Of a DNA stretch of 64,000 bases, positions 40,951 to 48,598 are shown piece by piece. The notes beneath the pieces are model-generated. The model was not told the origin of the DNA, did not search any database, and saw only the letters and a list, made by a program, of their open reading frames with translations. The position numbers and the translations under genes are program-made. Where the stretch lies: the IMG/VR virus record IMGVR_UViG_3300042889_001272, positions 62,001-126,000 of that record; one strand, written 5' to 3'. Position 1 is the stretch's first letter. The number at the start of each line of letters is the position of its first letter.

Positions 40951-42030
40951 ATGAGACTACTAGAATTAAAAGAAGATAAATCATACCAACCTACTAGCAT
41001 TGATGTAGGTGACGAAGTACTTGTGGGTAAGTTTAAAAATCGCAGAGCAGAAGTTAAAGGGTTTACCACTGATGATAATAATCAGCCTGTGCTAAAAACT
41101 TCCAAAGGTGATCAACATTTATTCAAGCCACGCATTGCTAAACTTATGCCCAACGAGGTTAATGAAGATTCCGGTAACAGCCTTCAAACTATTATTCAAT
41201 CCTTTGTCAATAGTCCTTTAGGACAAAAATATAAACAATACGATTGTAAAACTGTAACCAGAGCATTTGTACAATGGACAGAACAAAATAAGATTTCAAC
41301 GCAGGTAGTTTCATTGGCTCCTCCCAGTGCTGATTTTATTGCAAAGAATCCAAGATATAAAGGCAAGAGTGGACAGGGCGATGGACACATTATGCCTATA
41401 GTAAATGGCAATGCCATTGACTTCACTGTTAGACAATTTGGTGTTAGTAGACCTTTTAACAATCCACTAGTAACGCCAACCAATAGTCTGCCAGCAGTAT
41501 ACGGCAAATTCGGATATTTTACAGACAAGCCTGAATGGTTTTTAGGAGGCAAGTCCCATTGGATTGGTGCATTGAACGCAATACCAAAAGAAATCTTTAA
41601 TCAAAATTTTGGCGATGAAATGTTAGAGCATACTATGACAGAAAACTTTGCCGATGGTCGAGTAAAAGGTAAGAGTAGTCCTGGACGTGTTAAGCGTAGT
41701 GGCGCAAGCTGTGACGGAAGTGTCTCTGATCTAAGATCAAAAGCAAAAGATGCCAGTAGTGAACGTGCTAAAATGTATCACTGGTGTGCTAACATGAAAA
41801 ACGGCCGTGCTAAAAACGAATCAGAAATGTTAGAAGATTTAAACGTTATATGGAAAGATGTATTAGAAGCAGGTGTATATAAAGGTTATCCTTGTACCAA
41901 AGACTGTAGCGGACATGCCGCAGGCGATCGTTGGGCAGATGCTAGAGATATAACAGATCCCAACGAGTGCCCTTACAGTAACAACAGTTTCTGGGAAGGC
42001 TGTCTAGCGCATACCGATGAACAAGAATAA
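40951..42030 (+). CDS. Modular putative internal head polyprotein
   Basis: MRLLELKE start; modules separated by VNED, MTENF, MLED, VLEA. Confidence 0.65.
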   Translation: MRLLELKEDKSYQPTSIDVGDEVLVGKFKNRRAEVKGFTTDDNNQPVLKTSKGDQHLFKPRIAKLMPNEVNEDSGNSLQTIIQSFVNSPLGQKYKQYDCKTVTRAFVQWTEQNKISTQVVSLAPPSADFIAKNPRYKGKSGQGDGHIMPIVNGNAIDFTVRQFGVSRPFNNPLVTPTNSLPAVYGKFGYFTDKPEWFLGGKSHWIGALNAIPKEIFNQNFGDEMLEHTMTENFADGRVKGKSSPGRVKRSGASCDGSVSDLRSKAKDASSERAKMYHWCANMKNGRAKNESEMLEDLNVIWKDVLEAGVYKGYPCTKDCSGHAAGDRWADARDITDPNECPYSNNSFWEGCLAHTDEQE

Positions 42031-42047
42031 CGAATAAATATACTATT

Positions 42048-43403
42048 ATGCGATTACTAGACCTTAAACTAACAGAAGCGGCACTTAGTGCAGGCGAACT
42101 AACAAAATACTTTGACTCTGAAACAGAGCCGACAAAGTGGAAACGTCTTAACGTTTTCTTAAACAAAGTCCTACAAAAAGAACCATTCGAATTAGTAGAT
42201 GGCAGCACAGCATTAGTTAATACATCTGAATACAAACGTATAGCAGATATTTTTAATTTAGGAACTGTGCCAAGTAATTTTAAAGTTGACACAGATAAAG
42301 GCCCAATGGGTTTAAGTAAGTTTTTTAAATCAGCAGAACTGGGAGGCAAGGGTGCTGGCGGCGCCGGTTTGTCTAACAAAGGTGAAGTCAGTGAGGGTAT
42401 TCTAGGTGCTAGTTTATTTGCTAAACTTATAGCAAGGACTCGTGGTAAGATTGATATTATCAGTGGTAATGACATTTGGAACGTCATTGACATGTTAAAT
42501 CAAACACAGGAAGATCATTACGGTGTTAAAGTTAAAGATGCTAGTAAATCTGCTGTTAATGATAGTATTCAATATACATTAAAGTTAAAGCCAGGACCAT
42601 ATGCAGACTTAATGGACGAAGCAAAACGAGCATTGTTAAGTGATGTAACTAACAGCGCAGTAGCATATGCTAATAGTGCAGATGCTCAAGCATACTGTGA
42701 ATATTTTTACTTAAATGGTAAGCCGGATATTATTCATGTTATTACAGACGGTATCAGCGGAAGCACTACTAAGAAATCTGACATTGAAGTTGTTGTCACA
42801 GATCCAAAAACTGGTAAAACTACACATCAACAACTTAACATTAGTCTTAAAGCAGGCAGTGACCAAATGGGTCAAGTCGGTCAAGGTGATGTTGGCGAAG
42901 AATTTGATGCTCAGAAGAAACTATGGAACTCTTTTGGCATTGACATCGAATCAAGCAGAGCTGAATTTAATAAAGTATTAGAGAAAAAAGGTTTAATAGC
43001 AGCCATAGAATCTATCTATCGTGATGCTGCCACATTCCTTCAAGACTTGTTAGCAGGCAGTTTTGATGATGCCGAATACTTGTTTTTAAAAGACTTGGTA
43101 AAAGGCATTGACTATTTTGCTACATTAAACGATCCCTCAGTTATTTTAGTTAGTTTAGAGCGCGGAACTTATGAAGTTATGAGCTTTGCTAACTTAGAAA
43201 AACAATTAAATAACATTGATTTAGACGCTAGTTATAACGAAAACTCTGCTACTCCTCAGATAGAAATATTTGATAAAAATAGTGGCAGTCAGTTATTTAG
43301 AATAAGAACAAAACGTGAAACTAAAAAGGGCGGTGGCATTTATGTCCGTAATTACATTGAAAAAGGTCCTTTGTTAAAACAGTTGACCAGCATCAAGAAG
43401 TAA
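42048..43403 (+). CDS. Possible PD-(D/E)xK nuclease-fold protein
   Basis: MRLLDLKLTE start; SEGILG...KSDIEV...NISLKAG spacing; TAAATA at 42035. Confidence 0.45.
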   Translation: MRLLDLKLTEAALSAGELTKYFDSETEPTKWKRLNVFLNKVLQKEPFELVDGSTALVNTSEYKRIADIFNLGTVPSNFKVDTDKGPMGLSKFFKSAELGGKGAGGAGLSNKGEVSEGILGASLFAKLIARTRGKIDIISGNDIWNVIDMLNQTQEDHYGVKVKDASKSAVNDSIQYTLKLKPGPYADLMDEAKRALLSDVTNSAVAYANSADAQAYCEYFYLNGKPDIIHVITDGISGSTTKKSDIEVVVTDPKTGKTTHQQLNISLKAGSDQMGQVGQGDVGEEFDAQKKLWNSFGIDIESSRAEFNKVLEKKGLIAAIESIYRDAATFLQDLLAGSFDDAEYLFLKDLVKGIDYFATLNDPSVILVSLERGTYEVMSFANLEKQLNNIDLDASYNENSATPQIEIFDKNSGSQLFRIRTKRETKKGGGIYVRNYIEKGPLLKQLTSIKK

Positions 43404-43439
43404 TACGTTATATTGACATAAATTGGCATAAATAAACAT

Positions 43440-43649
43440 ATGAAAATAAAAGAACTTATCAGCGAAGACGGCAGCGCAGGCGGTATTAGCAGTGGCGCTA
43501 TAGCTTCTGCTCCAGCCAGCAATTTGTTTGCTGTACCTATGAAACGCAATATGGCAATGACTCGCAAGCGACCTAAAAAGGAAGCTGAAGAATTTAAAAC
43601 TAAAAAAGATAAGTCTAATGTTTTAGAAAATGGAACTAACAATGGATAA
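43440..43649 (+). CDS. Small putative internal head protein
   Basis: MKIKELISE start; TAAATA at 43429. Confidence 0.65.
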   Translation: MKIKELISEDGSAGGISSGAIASAPASNLFAVPMKRNMAMTRKRPKKEAEEFKTKKDKSNVLENGTNNG

Positions 43650-45024
43650 GCAAAGAGCCAGACAGCTTTATGAACTAGCAGATCGTTTAAGCAAGCTAGA
43701 CATTAATTCGCTGTCAGAACAACAATTAGAACAACGTAATACAATGATTTCTAAGTTGCAAGAAGAAGTTAAAACAATTAAAGAGTTTGCTCCTGACGAT
43801 GGCGACGATGGCGCAGGTGGCGAAGAAGATACATTACACAAATATGCCCGTATGTGGTATAATGGCAATGAAACTACACAACAACAAGTTGAAAAAATAT
43901 TAGACCGTATGGGTTGGGAAATTGGCGAATTAGAATCAGAAGAAGGTGGCGCTTTTGTTGTACAATCAGGTGACGAAAATGGTAATAGTTATATTGGCTT
44001 TGCAGTCGCTGACTTGTTAGAAGGTATTACTGATAATAAAGACGCTGGCGAATATGATCAAGAAGGCGATATGGCTCGTCAAGATCTTGCCACTGCCGCT
44101 AATGCCGCAGAAGAATTACGCAGTATTTTAGACAGCGATGAGAACTTGCCAGAATGGGTTCAATCAAAGATTACTAAAGCAGTTGACTATTTAGATACTG
44201 TTCGTGATTATATGAAAAGTAAAGATCAAGATGTAACAGAAGCTTCACAGCGAGTTGATTCACTGGTCACTGACGCATTAAAAATAATGCGTGGTTCATC
44301 AATGAATGATGCTGTTCAAGCATTAAAGACTGTGCTTGGTGATAGAGAATACAATGGCCGACGCAATCATTACAATTTCTATGTTAGACAAATCATGGAT
44401 ATGTATAGTCAGCAAGGTGTGGCGGAAGGCGTTGAGGAATCCAATGTAAAGATTTTACAAAAGTTGCTTGCAGACGAAGGTTACACTTATCCAATTGGAA
44501 TACTAAGTCGAAGATTAAAACTTCTTTCCACAAATCAATCAAAAGTGCTTGCGAGATTGTTTGTGAATGCTCAAAGGGCACAAGATGAAGAATTAAAACT
44601 TGAATTGATTGATAAAATTGATGGTGTAATTTCCAGGGAAGCAGAGAGAAGAAGCGATCCATGGAAAGGTGTGGCGGAAGGCGTTGCAGAAACTTTGTCA
44701 ATGGACGAAGCCAAAAAAGTGCTACGTCATTATGGTGCTGATAATTTCAAAACAACCAGCAACGAATTGCATTTTTATAAAAACGGCCGCCCATTCAGTG
44801 TTGACTTGATCATGAACGATGATGCAACTCGCAGTGTAAGTCTAAGCCAGTTAAATTCAGCTACTCGTAGATTAAAAGGCCAAGGTGTGACTGAAACTAA
44901 AAAGACAAGCCCAAAACTCACGCCAGTTAATATCAAAAAAACTGACCCAGTCAGTGAAGAAATAAATACAGAAGCATACGAAAGACTACAAAAGGTTTTC
45001 GCATTTAAGAATTATGAAAGTTAA
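43630..45024 (+). CDS. Modular polyprotein with GVAEG junctions
   Basis: Junctions IKEFAP, LLEG, QDVTEA, QGVAEG, KGVAEG, QGVTET; start 43630 or 43642. Confidence 0.7.
   Translation: MELTMDKQRARQLYELADRLSKLDINSLSEQQLEQRNTMISKLQEEVKTIKEFAPDDGDDGAGGEEDTLHKYARMWYNGNETTQQQVEKILDRMGWEIGELESEEGGAFVVQSGDENGNSYIGFAVADLLEGITDNKDAGEYDQEGDMARQDLATAANAAEELRSILDSDENLPEWVQSKITKAVDYLDTVRDYMKSKDQDVTEASQRVDSLVTDALKIMRGSSMNDAVQALKTVLGDREYNGRRNHYNFYVRQIMDMYSQQGVAEGVEESNVKILQKLLADEGYTYPIGILSRRLKLLSTNQSKVLARLFVNAQRAQDEELKLELIDKIDGVISREAERRSDPWKGVAEGVAETLSMDEAKKVLRHYGADNFKTTSNELHFYKNGRPFSVDLIMNDDATRSVSLSQLNSATRRLKGQGVTETKKTSPKLTPVNIKKTDPVSEEINTEAYERLQKVFAFKNYES
44407..44434 (+). repeat. GVAEG junction repeat, copy 4
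   Basis: AGTCAGCAAGGTGTGGCGGAAGGCGTTG. Confidence 0.9.
44666..44686 (+). repeat. GVAEG junction repeat, copy 5
   Basis: AAGGTGTGGCGGAAGGCGTTG; 21 nt identical to 44414-44434, 252 nt apart. Confidence 0.9.
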
Positions 45025-45026
45025 TT

Positions 45027-46433
45027 ATGAAACTATTTGAACTATATCAACAAAATACCCTACAAGGTACTAATAACTTAAAACAGATCTCAGAAGCTGT
45101 GGCCAATAAGACTGGTGCAGTTATTACTGTAGGTAACACTCAAGTTAGACTTGGCATTAACAGTGCTAAGTACGTTCTTGGTTTATATGAAACCGCAGTT
45201 GCCAATGGCACCAGCGAACAATTCTTAGAAGGCCTGGCCAATCTAAATCCAACAATGGTCATGGAAAACGATAACACAATGCGTCACATTGTCAGCAAGT
45301 TCAAGCATGAAGTTAAAAACTTCTTAGCTGGTGATGATATGAGCGATGACTTATATCATGCATTGTATGACTACTACAGCGACCACGGTGAAATGCCATA
45401 TGGTATTGCTAAAGCTCGCGACGGTGATCCTTATGAATGGGTTCACATGAGATTCGATCGTGATGTACATGATTACGTTGGCGGCAACAATCCAGATGTT
45501 CCAGCATTACCACAAGCAAATATGTCAATGATGCCGCGTCAAGAAAGCATGTACGAAGCATCTACTATCAATGGTAAAGTACAAGACCCTAAAAGCCTAA
45601 CTTGGAAACAAACTAGTATGAGCTATGAAAAAGCTGTAGAAAAATACGGTAAAGACAAAGTCAGAAAAGAAGGTAAAAATCGTATAGGCAACGAAGTAAT
45701 TGCAGTACATGTTCCGCTAGAGGAAAGCAATATGTATGAATCTAAGAAAACAAAGATGAAAGAAGGATGGGATGAGATGATGGCCGCCGTTCGAGCCAGT
45801 GCTCAAGATGAAAAAAGTGCTACTGGTAAGTTTTCCAGATCAAAGAATCCTGACTCAGGCGGAACAGTTTATAGCCGCAAATATAATGCAGACACGGGTC
45901 AATCCATTGAGCCAACTAAAGATCCAGAAGGTAAATCTCCTATCAAGCGTAGTGTAGGTCGTCCTAATGCTGGAGTTACAGGCTCAGATGAAGCAGGAAC
46001 TAAATTTGGCGATTATTCAAGCTGGTATCATAAATCCAAACGCACACACGGCGATCGTAAAATTGTTGGCGGTAGAACTGGTGCTATGGCAGTTATTGAA
46101 AAAGGTAAAAAATATCTAGTAGTCGGTAAGTGGGAAAACGACGAAGGTGTTATGTTTGATAAACCCAGTGAATTGGTTACATTAGATGCATTGAAATCTT
46201 ACAAAAGCGGTAAAGGTCGTCCGAAGAAAGTTCGTGAATGGATTGAAACTCTGCGTTTTGTATCTGAGGGTGAAACAACTAAAACAGCAACTGGTATTAA
46301 ACATAGTGCTAAAGGCAAATATGGCGCCAGTGAGGAAGAAGAAAAAGAACCGGAAAGTCTAAACAAAAGTTTGACCAGCAAGTTAGATAAGAGTATGGGC
46401 ATTAAACACGATCACGGAAATAAAAAGAAATGA
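45027..46433 (+). CDS. Modular putative internal head polyprotein
   Basis: MKLFEL start; ISEA, VMEN, MYEA, LEES, MKEG, VSEG junction-like sites. Confidence 0.65.
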   Translation: MKLFELYQQNTLQGTNNLKQISEAVANKTGAVITVGNTQVRLGINSAKYVLGLYETAVANGTSEQFLEGLANLNPTMVMENDNTMRHIVSKFKHEVKNFLAGDDMSDDLYHALYDYYSDHGEMPYGIAKARDGDPYEWVHMRFDRDVHDYVGGNNPDVPALPQANMSMMPRQESMYEASTINGKVQDPKSLTWKQTSMSYEKAVEKYGKDKVRKEGKNRIGNEVIAVHVPLEESNMYESKKTKMKEGWDEMMAAVRASAQDEKSATGKFSRSKNPDSGGTVYSRKYNADTGQSIEPTKDPEGKSPIKRSVGRPNAGVTGSDEAGTKFGDYSSWYHKSKRTHGDRKIVGGRTGAMAVIEKGKKYLVVGKWENDEGVMFDKPSELVTLDALKSYKSGKGRPKKVREWIETLRFVSEGETTKTATGIKHSAKGKYGASEEEEKEPESLNKSLTSKLDKSMGIKHDHGNKKK

Positions 46434-46810
46434 AAATTGCTGAAATTCTTAGTGAGATGAAATGTTGGCCTGGACATCGAAAAGTCGGCACACAACCTGG
46501 CACAGGTAAGAATAAAGGCAAGCGTGTCAACGACTGCGAAAAGATCAAAGAAGAATTAGATGACGATCAAAAGCGTGTAGGACAAGTCGGTGCAAAAGAA
46601 AAAGCAAAAAAGATTGGAACAGTATTAGGCACAGCTCCTAAGCAACATTCATTTAAAGGTCGATTAGTAGGTGAGTCTGAAATAAAAGAAGTTGCTCCTC
46701 CTGGTATGGAAGACTGGATCAAAGATCGTAAAGCAGACTTCAAAAAGCGTTATGGCGATAAGTGGGAAGAACGTTTATACGCCACTGCTTGGAAACAGCA
46801 TAATAAGTAA
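46430..46810 (+). CDS. Small modular putative internal head protein
   Basis: MKIAEILSE start; IKEE, IKEVAPPG junctions. Confidence 0.65.
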   Translation: MKIAEILSEMKCWPGHRKVGTQPGTGKNKGKRVNDCEKIKEELDDDQKRVGQVGAKEKAKKIGTVLGTAPKQHSFKGRLVGESEIKEVAPPGMEDWIKDRKADFKKRYGDKWEERLYATAWKQHNK

Positions 46811-47221
46811 ATGACACATTGGCAAGAATACATTCGCAGTAGTTATGAATTGATTCTTGACGCAGAGGGTAAGACTGCTACTTACTTAAACGAACCGTTA
46901 GAATACTATCTAGTTAACTTAATGGCCAAGTGGTTTGACAAACCTAATATTCCTCCCGATACTCCTGTGGCAATACTAATGCTCACTGCCATGCAAAATC
47001 CTAGAAAAGAAAACTTATCGGAAGTGGCAGATATTTGTTTATTCTACGACAGCTTTAAAATAAAACAACGCAAATGGCCTACGCTTAAATACTACAAAGA
47101 CATGGGTACTACGGCATACGGAATGGCTTATGTTGCTAGCAATGATAATGTATACAGTCAACTAGAAAACAGCTTTGATATGTGTAGTAGGATTTTATCT
47201 AATACTATTAAACAAGTCTAA
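46811..47221 (+). CDS. Hypothetical protein
   Basis: ORF. Confidence 0.65.
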   Translation: MTHWQEYIRSSYELILDAEGKTATYLNEPLEYYLVNLMAKWFDKPNIPPDTPVAILMLTAMQNPRKENLSEVADICLFYDSFKIKQRKWPTLKYYKDMGTTAYGMAYVASNDNVYSQLENSFDMCSRILSNTIKQV

Positions 47222-47308
47222 CTATAGTATGAGTCAATTTTATATAAAAAACTTTAAGTATTTAAGTATTAGTCAATAGAACTAAATATACTTATAGGAT
47301 AACATATC

Positions 47309-47749
47309 ATGGATGAATTAGTACAATCAATGAAAAAGGCACTGGCAGATACATTTGCCTTTTATTTAAAAGCACACGGCTTTCACTGGAACGTAGAAGG
47401 TCGCACATTCTGTCAAGACCACCAAATGTTTAGTAACATCTACGAAGAAGTATACGGCAGCATCGATCAATTCGCAGAAGAAATTCGTGCTATGGATGCT
47501 TATGCTCCGGCAAGTTTTGTTCGCTTCAGTGAACTAACTAGTATCGAAGACGAAGTTAAAATTCTTAATGCCCAGGGTATGTTCGAGAAATTACTAGCAG
47601 ATAACTCCGTTGTATTAGCCAGTGTTGAACAAGCATACGCATTAGCTGAAGCAGCCGGTAATCATGGATTGAGCAACTTCTTAGCAGAGCGCCAAGATGC
47701 ACATGCCAAACATGGTTGGATGTTGAGATCTACACTAAAACAAAGATAA
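47309..47749 (+). CDS. dps: Dps / DNA-binding ferritin-like protein
   Basis: YLKAHGFHWNVEG, DHQMF..IYEE, DQFAEEIRA, KHGWMLRS; TAAATA at 47283. Confidence 0.92.
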   Translation: MDELVQSMKKALADTFAFYLKAHGFHWNVEGRTFCQDHQMFSNIYEEVYGSIDQFAEEIRAMDAYAPASFVRFSELTSIEDEVKILNAQGMFEKLLADNSVVLASVEQAYALAEAAGNHGLSNFLAERQDAHAKHGWMLRSTLKQR

Positions 47750-47995
47750 ATGAATCCTACAATCAAAGAGTTAGTTCGGACTGAGCTAACTAAAAATCAA
47801 ATCCTTGCCCTTGAGTCTTTTATTTCAGATCGGGGCGAGGAAATTTTCAAAAACAGCAATCTACTCAAAGTCATTAACCGCAGTGACTTTGATGCTGTGC
47901 CCAACGAATTGGCAAAATGGGTCGTAGACAATGGAAAACGTTGTCCCGAACTTGCCGAACTTCGTGAAAAAGAAATATCCTTGTTTACCAAATAA
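47750..47995 (+). CDS. Truncated GH24 lysozyme-like protein (C-terminal lobe only)
   Basis: LTKNQILALESF..DRG...FKNSNLLKVIN..DFDAVPNELAKWV..NGKRCPEL..LREKE..LF parallels the lysozyme C-lobe; catalytic N-lobe absent. Confidence 0.55.
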   Translation: MNPTIKELVRTELTKNQILALESFISDRGEEIFKNSNLLKVINRSDFDAVPNELAKWVVDNGKRCPELAELREKEISLFTK

Positions 47996-47998
47996 CAC

Positions 47999-48027
47999 TT
48001 GACTGATGATGCGTGATACTATATAAT
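47999..48027 (+). promoter_or_regulatory. sigma70-type promoter
   Basis: TTGACT (47999) - 17 nt - TATAAT (48022). Confidence 0.8.
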
Positions 48028-48056
48028 AGTATAACACATTTTATTAAGGAGTGTTT

Positions 48057-48314
48057 ATGGAACCGCGTATGTTTTCTGGCGATGAGAAAGCCAAAATTAA
48101 AAAACTATTTGCTGAAGGCATTCAAGTCTTGAGTGAAGTTAATGCACTCAACGAAGGACTAACTGAAACTATCAAAGCCATTGCTGAAGAACTTGATATG
48201 AAACCCAGTGTACTTAAAAAAGCATTGCGTATCGCTTACAAAAATGAGTTTGCAAAAGAACAAGATGCATTCACTGAAGTAGAAGAAGTATTGCAAGTAG
48301 CAGGCCATCTTTGA
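48057..48314 (+). CDS. dsDNA-binding protein (T4 DsbA/GapR-like)
   Basis: AAGGAG SD; LNEGLTETIKAIAEELDMKPSVLKKALRIAYK helical pattern. Confidence 0.55.
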   Translation: MEPRMFSGDEKAKIKKLFAEGIQVLSEVNALNEGLTETIKAIAEELDMKPSVLKKALRIAYKNEFAKEQDAFTEVEEVLQVAGHL

Positions 48315-48598
48315 TCAAATTCCTAAAAGAACAAACGTGGCAGTTCTGGTTTGAATGGATTGCCACAGCTATATTAATAATTGGTGTTTACCAATCTTCT
48401 TTTAATATATTTCCATCTTACTTATGGTTTTCTTTTGTAGGAAACTTGTGTTGGATGGTGCTAGGAATTGTTTGGAAAAAATGGAGTTTGTTTGTTGTTG
48501 AATTGATCATTGTTGGTATATACTTTGTAGGATTAGTAAATGAATACTTAAAGGACGAAGTAGAAATGATTATGGCATTGATTAGGACTGTAATATGA
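48311..48598 (+). CDS. Small membrane protein (PnuC-like half?)
   Basis: TTG start; three hydrophobic helices, GNLCWMVLG..WKKWSL. Confidence 0.45.
   Translation: MIKFLKEQTWQFWFEWIATAILIIGVYQSSFNIFPSYLWFSFVGNLCWMVLGIVWKKWSLFVVELIIVGIYFVGLVNEYLKDEVEMIMALIRTVI

Noticed and set aside
25991-44681. TGTGGCGG as a Chi-like octamer
   Set aside because: It is not dispersed across the window, is frame-locked at module junctions, and does not match E. coli Chi (GCTGGTGG).
25986-44686. GVAEG repeats as a CRISPR array
   Set aside because: Spacing is irregular (about 190 nt to over 10 kb), the repeats are in frame inside ORFs, they are not palindromic, and no cas genes are present.
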